Both the position numbers and the translations under genes were made by a program. From assembly GCA_937990725.1 (NCBI GenBank), contig CALKQS010000008.1, positions 79,217 to 143,216 of the forward strand: 64,000 bases of DNA, in the 5' to 3' direction. Below the pieces are notes generated by a model, which was given only the letters and a program-made list of their open reading frames with translations, was not told the origin of the DNA and searched no databases. Positions 9,210-17,677 of this stretch are shown here, piece by piece; within the stretch, counting starts at the first letter, position 1; each line of letters begins with the position of its first letter. The DNA comes from an uncultured Candidatus Saccharibacteria bacterium (GTDB lineage: Bacteria > Patescibacteriota > Saccharimonadia > Saccharimonadales > Saccharimonadaceae).

Positions 9210-10718
9210 ATGAATATGGAGCAAGAAAGCAAGAATAGTATCAAAAAAGCGGACCTGTCACGGTATGGCATTACTTCTCGATTACTAATGAAGGAGGCGC
9301 TCCGAAAAGGGTACCAGGTCACAACAGTTCCAGGTCGTTTAGCAATATCACATGTGGTGCGCTGTGAAAAAGACGGCAAAGAGCTTTACTTTTATAATCT
9401 TAATACTGCACTAAACCCTTCATATGCAGTTCAGGTGAATGAGGATAAGATCTGGACGAATAACATACTACACCAATCGCATATACAAATACCAGATACA
9501 TATCCATTGAAAATAAATAGACCCGAAGACGTGGTAATTGACGATACACTTCGAAAAATGCTAGAGTCCCATGAGCGTCTTGTTGTCAAATCTGCTACAG
9601 CAAACTACAGTAATAATGTTCTTATTAACACTGGTGATGAAGAAGGTTTGCTTCGTGCAATACACCGTGTATATCAGAATAGTGGTGGACAACCTGATAT
9701 AATTGTTCAGCAAATAGTTTTTGGGCAAGAATATCGCTTCTTAGTGTTAAATAAAAAAGTCATTGCAGTAGCATATCGTCGACCACCATATGTTGTTGGA
9801 GATGGAGTGTCAACAATACGAACCTTGATAAGTAAAAAAAATAATAATTGCTCAAAGCATGGCAACAGACACGCTAGTTTAGTAGCAAAAATAAACATTG
9901 AAGATGTGTCGAGACATAAAGGTATTCACTTTTTGCAATACGTTCCCGAGAAAGGTTCTGTTGTTGAGGTTTTAGATACATTGAATCTGAGCAGGGGAGG
10001 TGAAGCAGTTGATGTCACGAGTTATGTGTCTGATGAACTCAAAACTATAGCAATTCAAGCAGCATCAGCGTGTTTTCTTGGTATTGCTGGCATTGATATT
10101 GTAACGGATAACATTAGTGGCGATGGAAATGATAGCTATGTCGTAAGAGTGAAGGCATCTCCAGGGATACGAATGCACCAATTTCCAACAGAAGGCAAAC
10201 CTCGGAATGTTGCACGAAAACTATTTCATGCTATTGAAAAAACGGCGCATCCTATCGGCAAAAAAATAGTCATGATTGGCCGAGTTGAAAAGGTTGCTTT
10301 GCCTGATTTTATTAATGAAAAATTTAAAGCTCGGATAGATACGGGGGCAACAGTCTCGTCTATATGGGCAAGTGATATTCGAGTTAATAAGACAGGCCTC
10401 TATTGCAAACTATTTGGTGAAGGATCCCCAGTGTATACTGGTGAGGAGTTGCATTTTTCTGAGTATTCCATGCGCTCTGTTCGGAGTTCGAATGGTTATG
10501 AGGAATTGCGGTATCAAGTTGTCATTAATGTAAGTTTGGCAGGAAGGCGAGTGAAAGCAAAAGTTACACTAGCAGACAGATCGGGGCAGATCTACCCAAT
10601 GCTGATTGGAAGAAATATTTTGCGTAATAAATTCATCGTTCATGTTGCAGAGGGTGATATTGATAAGAAGGCTGAAAGTAGTAATCGTCAAGAACTACGC
10701 CAAAATGGACTACAATAG
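9210..10718 (+). CDS. fusion protein: ATP-grasp ligase (cyanophycin-synthetase/RimK-like) plus C-terminal DUF785 retropepsin-like (RimB-type) protease domain
   Basis: N-terminal two-thirds: IIVQQIVFGQEYRFLVLNKKVIAVAYRRPPYVVGDGVSTIRTLI, as in the CphA/RimK-type ATP-grasp core. C-terminal 140 aa: IGRVEKVALPDF...KARIDTGATVSS...LIGRNILRNKFIV, matching the DUF785 (PF05618) D-T-G-A aspartic-protease-like signature. Confidence 0.75.
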   Translation: MNMEQESKNSIKKADLSRYGITSRLLMKEALRKGYQVTTVPGRLAISHVVRCEKDGKELYFYNLNTALNPSYAVQVNEDKIWTNNILHQSHIQIPDTYPLKINRPEDVVIDDTLRKMLESHERLVVKSATANYSNNVLINTGDEEGLLRAIHRVYQNSGGQPDIIVQQIVFGQEYRFLVLNKKVIAVAYRRPPYVVGDGVSTIRTLISKKNNNCSKHGNRHASLVAKINIEDVSRHKGIHFLQYVPEKGSVVEVLDTLNLSRGGEAVDVTSYVSDELKTIAIQAASACFLGIAGIDIVTDNISGDGNDSYVVRVKASPGIRMHQFPTEGKPRNVARKLFHAIEKTAHPIGKKIVMIGRVEKVALPDFINEKFKARIDTGATVSSIWASDIRVNKTGLYCKLFGEGSPVYTGEELHFSEYSMRSVRSSNGYEELRYQVVINVSLAGRRVKAKVTLADRSGQIYPMLIGRNILRNKFIVHVAEGDIDKKAESSNRQELRQNGLQ

Positions 10719-10772
10719 AGACACAGAGCTTATAATAAGCAAAATCGATAAAATAATAGTACGAGGTATGGA

Positions 10773-11690
10773 GTGAAAATCGCAATACTCAGCAACGGCA
10801 ATGTGAACTACTCAACGCTTCGCCTCAAGGAAGAGGCGGAGAGGCGTGGACATAGTGTGAGAGTGATTAAATACCGCAAATGTTATGTGACGATTGATGA
10901 GAAGAACCCAACGGTGATGTATGATGGTGAAGCAATCGATCAGTATGATGCAATAATTCCGCGCATTGCAAGCTATATGACTCGCTATGGCACAGCAGTA
11001 GCGCGCCAATTAGAAATGGCGTACCCACGCACGCTTTTTGTTAATCGCTCGATTGCGATTACCCGGGCGCGCGATAAACTGCGTTCGACACAGCTGCTAG
11101 CCCGAGGTGGAGTAGCTATTCCTAAGACAGTGTTTAGCCGTAACTCAGCCGATATAGACGATCTCCTTAACGAACTTGGTGGTACGCCAGTTATCATCAA
11201 ACTCGCTCGTGGTACTCATGGTAATGGTGTGGTGCTAGCGGAGACGAAGAAGGCGGCAAAGTCAGTGCTTCAGGCGTTGTACCTCACCAACGAGGATGGG
11301 ACAAACATCCTGTTGCAAGAATTTATTCGTGAGTCAGCTGGAGTAGACATCCGCGCCTTTGTGGTGGGGAGCCGGGTAGTGGCGAGTATGAAGCGCCAGA
11401 GCTTAGACGATGACTTTCGCTCTAACCTCCATAAGGGAGGCGAAGGAACGCCGATTCGCTTGACGGATACCGAGCGTCGCATGTGTTTGCGGGCAGCTAA
11501 GGCGATGGGCTTGACGGTGGCGGGTGTTGACTTTATGCGCTCGAGTCGTGGGCCGTTGGTGCTTGAGGTCAATGCGAGCCCAGGCTTTGGGATAGAGAAA
11601 ATTACGCGGCGCAATGTGGCCAAGCCAATCATTGAATATATTGAGCGCAATGCGAAGCGGCAGCACAAGAGGGATCGTGTTGGGGCATAA
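10773..11690 (+). CDS. rimK: RimK-family alpha-L-glutamate ligase (ribosomal protein S6 modification type)
   Basis: GTG start, MKIAILS...RLKEEAERRGH, PVIIKLARGTHGNGVVL, LLQEFI...G.DIRAFVVG, and VAGVDFMRS..GPLVLEVNASPG are typical RimK blocks over the full 305 aa. Confidence 0.85.
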   Translation: MKIAILSNGNVNYSTLRLKEEAERRGHSVRVIKYRKCYVTIDEKNPTVMYDGEAIDQYDAIIPRIASYMTRYGTAVARQLEMAYPRTLFVNRSIAITRARDKLRSTQLLARGGVAIPKTVFSRNSADIDDLLNELGGTPVIIKLARGTHGNGVVLAETKKAAKSVLQALYLTNEDGTNILLQEFIRESAGVDIRAFVVGSRVVASMKRQSLDDDFRSNLHKGGEGTPIRLTDTERRMCLRAAKAMGLTVAGVDFMRSSRGPLVLEVNASPGFGIEKITRRNVAKPIIEYIERNAKRQHKRDRVGA

Positions 11691-11741
11691 CCATTCAAAC
11701 GTATTTGCTTTTCTCATAACGCTTATGTTGAATTGGTGTCA

Positions 11742-11750
11742 TGGTATAAT
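11742..11750 (+). promoter_or_regulatory. extended -10 TGgTATAAT, 6 nt upstream of ATG 11757 (leaderless-type)
   Basis: TGGTATAAT at 11742-11750, gap gatggc, then ATG 11757. Confidence 0.55.
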
Positions 11751-11756
11751 GATGGC

Positions 11757-12242
11757 ATGATGTTGATTGGATTGCTTGCTGGCATGGCTGTGGTTTTGGC
11801 TGGTTTGGTATATGTAGCGAAGCGGCATTTTGGGCTGCCAGTCATGGGCCTGGCGGTCGGTATGGTAGTGACGCAGCTATGGGCGGCAGATGTCATGCCG
11901 TATGCTGCTGGGGTTGGCATAGGCATTGACCGATCTGCTTTGCTTGCAGCGGTGACGATTGTGCTGACGGTGCTACCAGCTGTGGTGCTGGTGTGTTGCG
12001 GCTCGGTGGTGAGTCAGCGCTGGTGGCGCATTGGTGGCTCACTGATCTTTGGTGTTGTGGCAGTGTATGTGTTGTTTGGCGCGCTGAGTAGTCTCGTACC
12101 ACCAGTTGATGAGACAAGCAAGACGGTTATGGCAGCGCTGGATGGGTCTCATGCAGCGGTTGTAACGATAGGGTTTGCATGTGCCCTTGTTGACACGCTC
12201 GTGGCTCGTACAAAGGGTGTAAAACCACACAAGAAAAAGTGA
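11757..12242 (+). CDS. small integral membrane protein, hypothetical
   Basis: Four predicted TM helices. The ORF track starts at TTG 11733, but the -10 box lies inside that extension, so I place the start at ATG 11757 (MMLIGLLAG). Confidence 0.55.
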   Translation: MMLIGLLAGMAVVLAGLVYVAKRHFGLPVMGLAVGMVVTQLWAADVMPYAAGVGIGIDRSALLAAVTIVLTVLPAVVLVCCGSVVSQRWWRIGGSLIFGVVAVYVLFGALSSLVPPVDETSKTVMAALDGSHAAVVTIGFACALVDTLVARTKGVKPHKKK

Positions 12243-12314
12243 TAGATATACCTCTTGTGCGTGTCACTCTATGAGTATGTTTTTGCGAGAAATATACGTG
12301 TTGATGTACTTAGC

Positions 12315-12344
12315 AAAATGACCCTCATAATAAAGGGTCATTTT
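12315..12344. terminator. bidirectional intrinsic terminator between convergent genes
   Basis: AAAATGACCCT-cataataa-AGGGTCATTTT. The perfect stem is flanked by an A-run on one side and a T-run on the other. Confidence 0.6.
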
Positions 12345-12377
12345 AGTGTTGTGATTCGCGTGTAGCTCTAGTGGGTA

Positions 12378-13082
12378 TTACGCGGCGTTCGTTGCAACGT
12401 TTGTCACATCATCGAGTGCTTCAAGTGCATCGATAATTTTGGTAAGCTTGCGCGCGGTTTCGTCGTCCTCGATAGCAACGGTATTATTGGGCACATACTG
12501 GAGCTCTGCGTCTTCAACAGTCATGCCAGCTGCGAGCAAAGCTTCGCGGACTTTGGCAAGTTCCTTTTTGTCGGTATAAACGGTGAGGCCGCCATCTTCT
12601 TCTGTTGCATCCTCAGCTCCAGCGTCTAGCACGGTGAGGAGCGCTTCTTCGCCACTGGCTGCTACACGGATTACACCTTTGCGCGCAAACTGAAACATCA
12701 CACTGCCGCTATCTGCCATAGTGCCACCATTCTTGGTTAGAGCGGTGCGGACCTCTGGGTAGGTACGATTCTTGTTGTCGGTTGCTGTCTCGATAATGAT
12801 GCCAACACCACCTGGGCCGTAGCCCTCATAGACTGCCTCTTCGAGCGCGGCCGCATTTTTATCATTAATGCGATCAATTGCCCGCTGGATATTAGCGTTA
12901 GGCATGTTGGCGGCTCGAGCCTTCTCGATGGCCAATGCGAGGCTTGAGTTGGTTGTTGGATCGGTGCCACCACGGGCTGCAATGGCAATCATATTGCCAA
13001 GCTTGGTAAAGGCTGCGCCGCGCTTTGCATCAACCACGGCCTTTTGGCGATGGGTCGTGGCCCATTTACTGTGTCCAGACAT
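12378..13082 (-). CDS. yebC: YebC/PmpR family DNA-binding transcriptional regulator
   Basis: MSGHSKWATTHRQKAVVDAKRG N-terminus and full-length family similarity. SD AAGGAGAA upstream. Confidence 0.9.
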   Translation of the reverse strand: MSGHSKWATTHRQKAVVDAKRGAAFTKLGNMIAIAARGGTDPTTNSSLALAIEKARAANMPNANIQRAIDRINDKNAAALEEAVYEGYGPGGVGIIIETATDNKNRTYPEVRTALTKNGGTMADSGSVMFQFARKGVIRVAASGEEALLTVLDAGAEDATEEDGGLTVYTDKKELAKVREALLAAGMTVEDAELQYVPNNTVAIEDDETARKLTKIIDALEALDDVTNVATNAA

Positions 13083-13135
13083 AGGTTCTCCTTGATTGTT
13101 CTATCTTTCACTCATTGTAGCATATTGGGCAGTTG

Positions 13136-14578
13136 TTATTCTACGAGTGAGGTATCGCGCAGCGAGTAGCCAGTTGCTCGCCAGAGCCACCAGCAGAGGC
13201 TAATGAGCCCACCATACCATAGTGTCACGCCCCACCACGGCAGTGTAAAATCGAGCTGTGCCCAGGGGAAGGCGGCACATTGCTGGACGACCCACAGCAT
13301 GGCATCGAGTAGCCATTGTGCTGGCGCGCCAAATACTGCCGCAGCAGCCGGCCACACAAGTGCCCCAACCCCAGCAATGCAGGTGAGAAGCATTGCTAGT
13401 GGCACCCACGGCACAATGAGCAGATTGGCCGGCAGCGCCACAAGCGATAATTGCCCAAATGCTGCGAGGCTAATCGGTAATGTGGCAAGCTGTGCAGAGA
13501 CTGTCTCGCCCAAGACTTGGCGGCCGATTGATGGCTCTGCTGGGCCAAAGAAATAGCGCTGCAACAGTGGTGCAAGAATCATCACTCCAGCGAAGGACGC
13601 AAAGCTTAGCTGCCAGCCAATATCTCCCCAGACATAGCTTGGGTTCCATAGTACTGTGGCGGCACTTGCTACTGCCAGCAGTGTAACGGGATGAAACGCA
13701 CGACCATACGCCCACGCCCAAATACTAAGCCCAGCTACCAAGCCAGCGCGTGTCATACTTGGGCTCAGCCCAGTGATAGCAACAAAGCCAAGGACGAGAC
13801 TTGCACTGGTAAGCACCGCAAGATAGCGCGATACCTTGGCAAACAAGCGCCGAGCGAGGCGGACGAGGATTGTGAGGTTATACCCACTTGCCACAACAAT
13901 GTGGGTGAGGCCCGTTGTGCGCATTGCTTCTTGGATGTCGTGCGGCAGAGCACGCTTTTGGCCGAGGACATAGCCACTGCCAAGGCTAGCCGCTGGCTCG
14001 TGAATTGCGTGGCGAATATGCTCAGCAAACCAATCACGTACTTGCAGAGCTACATCGCCAGGCTGTGGCTGGACAATACGCTCCACATGAGCACGCTGCA
14101 TGACAGCAGCAAAGTTGCCAAAGCCAGGCTTGAGCTTGCCTCGCACAACCAGCCAGTCGCTGCGATGGATTGCAGGGTTGCCGTGCAGACTCACCCATAC
14201 CGTGCCAGGTAGCGAGCGGCTATTGAGGCCGATAGCACTCAGCCTCACGACGAGTTGGTTGCGTTGATTTGTATCAGGGTCGTCCTGCACCTGCCCAGTG
14301 ATTGTCGCTACCTGCCCAAATGATGCCGCGTAGGAGCGCTGTTGCTGCTGGTCGCTCCCACCGCGCACTAGGCCAACCATAAGGCCAGCAATCAATATGA
14401 TAATAAGGCACCACCGCCGGCTTTGATGCAGTGCACAGGCAATACCGCCGCCGGCTACGACAAGCCACCACCACGCAGCGTACGGCCACCACTGTGCTAG
14501 TGCCACTCCACCAACGATGCCACCGCAGCACAGTGTGAGCTGCCACGTTGGGTGAATTCGCCGTTGCCACCACATCAT
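13136..14578 (-). CDS. comEC: ComEC/Rec2-family DNA internalisation channel (DUF4131 plus competence domain only; no metallo-beta-lactamase domain)
   Basis: 480-aa polytopic protein. An N-terminal OB-like DUF4131 region (VATITGQVQDDP..) is followed by the multi-TM competence domain (GLTHIVVASGYNLTIL). Confidence 0.8.
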   Translation of the reverse strand: MMWWQRRIHPTWQLTLCCGGIVGGVALAQWWPYAAWWWLVVAGGGIACALHQSRRWCLIIILIAGLMVGLVRGGSDQQQQRSYAASFGQVATITGQVQDDPDTNQRNQLVVRLSAIGLNSRSLPGTVWVSLHGNPAIHRSDWLVVRGKLKPGFGNFAAVMQRAHVERIVQPQPGDVALQVRDWFAEHIRHAIHEPAASLGSGYVLGQKRALPHDIQEAMRTTGLTHIVVASGYNLTILVRLARRLFAKVSRYLAVLTSASLVLGFVAITGLSPSMTRAGLVAGLSIWAWAYGRAFHPVTLLAVASAATVLWNPSYVWGDIGWQLSFASFAGVMILAPLLQRYFFGPAEPSIGRQVLGETVSAQLATLPISLAAFGQLSLVALPANLLIVPWVPLAMLLTCIAGVGALVWPAAAAVFGAPAQWLLDAMLWVVQQCAAFPWAQLDFTLPWWGVTLWYGGLISLCWWLWRATGYSLRDTSLVE

Positions 14579-14876
14579 TGGTTATCATTAAACCATTGCG
14601 TTGCTGGTGCGTCAATTTATTACATCTGAATCGCGGTCTTTCTATTAATTTTATGCTGCTTGCTCCGCTTTTTTGTAGAGTGTACCAAGAGAGCTAGAAT
14701 TTTTATGTATTTGTTTTCTTATGGTGGAATTATTGAATCTTTTACGTTCAGCAAGAGATCTTTATATCTTACTGGGTGAGGTAGCGAGATATAATCTCTC
14801 ACGGAGGAAAAAGACGAATTTTGCTATAGATAGTAGAATTTTGGAAGACTGATGATGAATCCAGTGTTTGCTCCGC

Positions 14877-14906
14877 TTGACAGTCTACCACGACCAGTGC
14901 TATACT
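14877..14906 (+). promoter_or_regulatory. candidate sigma70-type promoter for tRNA-Lys
   Basis: TTGACA at 14877-14882, an 18-nt spacer, TATACT at 14901-14906. The tRNA starts at 14919. Confidence 0.45.
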
Positions 14907-14918
14907 CGCAGAGTCTAC

Positions 14919-14995
14919 GGGCCCATAGCTCAGCAGGTTAGAGCACCTGCCTTTTAAGCAGGGTGTCGTGAGTTCGAGCCTCACTGGGCCCTCCA
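14919..14995 (+). tRNA. tRNA-Lys (anticodon UUU), CCA encoded
   Basis: Acceptor GGGCCCA/TGGGCCC, anticodon loop CTTTTAA, T-arm GTGAGTTCGAGCCTCAC, then TCCA. Confidence 0.95.
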
Positions 14996-15007
14996 TTGAT
15001 CAATTAG

Positions 15008-15029
15008 CAGGCGAGATAGCCTGTTTTTT
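15008..15029 (+). terminator. intrinsic terminator after tRNA-Lys
   Basis: CAGGC-gagata-GCCTG followed by TTTTTT. Confidence 0.55.
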
Positions 15030-15214
15030 GTTGTATCTGTTTGAAAGCCTAAAGATCCGCATTATAAAATCTTAATTCCTATTTCTCGCTATTATTGTGC
15101 GTTAGAGAACAAAATCCGACCACCGTATTAGTTTGCGTGATAAACAAAACAATATGCTTGTGCTTGACCAAGAGGGTTACTTTGCGCATAATCGTGGCGA
15201 GGAGGAAAAACAAA

Positions 15215-16990
15215 ATGCAAACTATGCGGAATTATACCCGGCGAATTATTGCATATGGGCTTGCCGTAACCATGATGATACCAGGAATAGCTGGAGCTTC
15301 TGCGCTTGGTGCTGATTCTTCCACTGCTTATTTCGCCACCATCGGCGATTTTTTATTTGAACGGGCAGTAGCGCGTGATGATGCAGCTAGCGACAGGTCT
15401 ACAATAGCTCAGCCTGTAGTGCGTCTTGCCGCTCATACTGAGCATGATGCGCTGATGATCGGGGCACTCCACACGACAGACCGGCGCACCGTGAGTGCAG
15501 TTGAACTGCATAACACTGCGCGCCAGTTTGCGCCGCTTAGTGATGTCGCACTTGTTGTCAGTGTTAGCACAAACCACACCGACTACATGTGCCGCGTCAA
15601 TCTACAAGGATATGCACCACCCCAGTCGTCGGTGCGTTACTATCATCCAGCGGTAGCCCCGGCGGATGGCGCGCAGCTCCAGGGCTGCCCGAGTGTACCA
15701 GATGGTGAGCAAGTCACGCGGTATGATGTAGCGCTGGAGCGATCGGGTGCGACTATTGATAAAGCAAGCGCAGCCGTGGACGAGCTTGCAGGTGCACTCG
15801 TCTGGGAGCGTACCCACTGGACGGCAGCGGCACGGACTGGGGTATTTGCCAAGGACTTTCGGGCACGAGCTGGCGAAGCCGAAGTAGCTGCGCCGTACGA
15901 AACGCCAGGTGAGCCATCATTGCAAATTCTCGAGGTCTTGCCTCATCCACATACCTGCGACGCAGCACCAGATAATTGCCAAAAATACGTTAAGGTCAAG
16001 AACACTGGCGACCAGCCAATCGACCTTGCTGCCTACCGTTTGCGCAGTGGTACACCTGGTAGCAATAGCACGGTGCGAAACACCTCATCTCTTGCGGGGG
16101 TGATTGCACCAGGCCAGGTGCTGACGATTCGTGCTCAGGCAAATGGCGGGGAGCTTGCGATACTGCGTAGTGGCACACTGTGGTTTGAGGATCAGCATGG
16201 CTTGGTGAGCTTTTCGCCGCGCATCGATGCATATAATGGTGCAGGGCAGGCTGCGCACCAGGGTAAGTCTTGGGCATACAATTCGCAGACTGGTGCGTGG
16301 CAGTGGACAATGCCAAGCCTCGACCGAGCCGATAATATCATCACTAATACGCCAGGCTCACCTCATCAGCCATCGGGCAAACCGTGCCCCGCTGGCCAAG
16401 AGCGCAACCCAGCAACAAATCGTTGTCGGAAGATCAACAATAGTGAGAAACAGTCAAGACACACAGCTGACAGTGCAAAGTCGGCACGCACGACCTCTCG
16501 CGCCCAAAAGCTGACTATCTGCAAACCAGGCCAAGAGCGTAACCCCGCAACGGGCCGTTGCCGCGCAGTATCTGCCACTGGCCAGCAATTAGCTGCGTGC
16601 AAGGCTGGGCAATATCGCAATCCTGCCACAGGGCGCTGCCGAGCGCTCGCTGGTGGCAAGGCATCGGCTGCGGTATGCAAAGCCGGGTACTATCGCAACC
16701 CCGCGACTGGCCGCTGCAAAAAACTTGGCGCAGCAAATAGTCGCCAGCTGACGCCATGCAAGCCAGGCTGGGAGCGTAATCCATCGACCAATCGCTGCCG
16801 CAAATCGACGAGCAAGAATAGCAAAGCACCAGCTGCAGGCTACGCTGTTGAGCCGAGCAGCAATAATGGGCAAACAGAGATTGTCTGGTGGATGATTGGT
16901 GGGGTAGCTATCGTGGCGGTAGGCTATGCTGGCTGGGAGTGGCGTAGTGAGATTGGCCAGTGGTTACGCCGGATGGTGCGCAAAGGTTAG
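15215..16990 (+). CDS. secreted, C-terminally membrane-anchored surface protein with a lamin-tail domain (LTD) and five Cys-bracketed RNP repeats
   Basis: SD GGAGG sits 9 nt before ATG 15215. Signal peptide MQTMRNYTRRIIAYGLAVTMMIPGIAGASA. LTD-like block LQILEVLPHP...YVKVKNTGDQPIDLAAYRLRSG. Five repeats of C-x-x-G-x-x-R-N-P-x-T-x-R-C. C-terminal TM helix plus a basic tail. Confidence 0.7.
   Translation: MQTMRNYTRRIIAYGLAVTMMIPGIAGASALGADSSTAYFATIGDFLFERAVARDDAASDRSTIAQPVVRLAAHTEHDALMIGALHTTDRRTVSAVELHNTARQFAPLSDVALVVSVSTNHTDYMCRVNLQGYAPPQSSVRYYHPAVAPADGAQLQGCPSVPDGEQVTRYDVALERSGATIDKASAAVDELAGALVWERTHWTAAARTGVFAKDFRARAGEAEVAAPYETPGEPSLQILEVLPHPHTCDAAPDNCQKYVKVKNTGDQPIDLAAYRLRSGTPGSNSTVRNTSSLAGVIAPGQVLTIRAQANGGELAILRSGTLWFEDQHGLVSFSPRIDAYNGAGQAAHQGKSWAYNSQTGAWQWTMPSLDRADNIITNTPGSPHQPSGKPCPAGQERNPATNRCRKINNSEKQSRHTADSAKSARTTSRAQKLTICKPGQERNPATGRCRAVSATGQQLAACKAGQYRNPATGRCRALAGGKASAAVCKAGYYRNPATGRCKKLGAANSRQLTPCKPGWERNPSTNRCRKSTSKNSKAPAAGYAVEPSSNNGQTEIVWWMIGGVAIVAVGYAGWEWRSEIGQWLRRMVRKG
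16385..16798 (+). repeat. five in-frame copies of a 14-aa two-cysteine module (CxxGxxRNPxTxRC) separated by variable linkers
   Basis: CPAGQERNPATNRC, CKPGQERNPATGRC, CKAGQYRNPATGRC, CKAGYYRNPATGRC, CKPGWERNPSTNRC, read directly from the translation. Confidence 0.85.
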
Positions 16991-17040
16991 AGTCTCATTA
17001 GTTATACCAGTGGTATATAGCAGAAGCTCTCAGATTCAGC

Positions 17041-17046
17041 TATACT
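17041..17046 (+). promoter_or_regulatory. -10 box TATACT, 6 nt upstream of the ruvC ATG (leaderless-type)
   Basis: TATACT, gap agcatc, then ATG 17053. Confidence 0.5.
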
Positions 17047-17052
17047 AGCATC

Positions 17053-17529
17053 ATGCGAATCATCGGTATCGACCCTGGCACTGGTATCCTTGGCTTTGGC
17101 GTGATTGATGCTCATGGTGGTGCAACGCGACTCGTCACAGCTGGTGTCATTACAACGCCAGCACATACTCCAATACCAGAGCGTCTTGGTGAGATATTCG
17201 ATGGTCTCACGAGTATTATTGCAGAGACACGACCCACAATGATGGCGATCGAGAAGCTCTTTTTTGCCCGCAATATAACTACCGCTATGAGCGTAGCCGA
17301 AGCACGTGGCGTAGCGCTGCTGACTGGCCAGCGGGCAGGACTGCGGATTGAGGAATATACACCACTCCAGATCAAGCAGACAATCACTGGTTATGGCAAA
17401 GCAGATAAAAAGCAAGTGCAAGAGATGGTGCGGCTCCAGCTCGGCTTACAGACGGTACCCAAGCCAGATGACTGTGCAGATGCTCTCGCGGCAGCGATTA
17501 TGGCAGCATTTATGACGCGGCAGAGCTAA
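17053..17529 (+). CDS. ruvC: crossover junction endodeoxyribonuclease RuvC
   Basis: MRIIGIDPGTGILGFGVID and full-length RuvC similarity, including the C-terminal DCADALA. Confidence 0.92.
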   Translation: MRIIGIDPGTGILGFGVIDAHGGATRLVTAGVITTPAHTPIPERLGEIFDGLTSIIAETRPTMMAIEKLFFARNITTAMSVAEARGVALLTGQRAGLRIEEYTPLQIKQTITGYGKADKKQVQEMVRLQLGLQTVPKPDDCADALAAAIMAAFMTRQS

Positions 17530-17677
17530 CTGGTTGGGAAGTACTTCTGTATCTGTGTCAGGTGAGAAATAAGCTATAAGAGCGGCTCTCTAACTGTAAC
17601 AAGAGTGTGTGCTATATCAGAGACGAGGGAGAGAAAAGCGCTAAGATTAGTGTTTTCAGTACATTGCGCCAGAACGA

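Noticed and set aside
13203-14212. Plus-strand ORFs of 117 and 173 aa inside comEC, and similar antisense ORFs inside pilC, pilB, pilM and eno.
   Set aside because: They lie antisense to genes with unambiguous family similarity and have low-complexity translations without motifs or translation signals.
16227-16873. Several 94-106-aa ORFs on both strands over the Cys-repeat region of the LTD protein gene.
   Set aside because: They are frame or antisense shadows produced by the GC-rich repetitive coding sequence, and all lie inside a gene with much stronger coding evidence.
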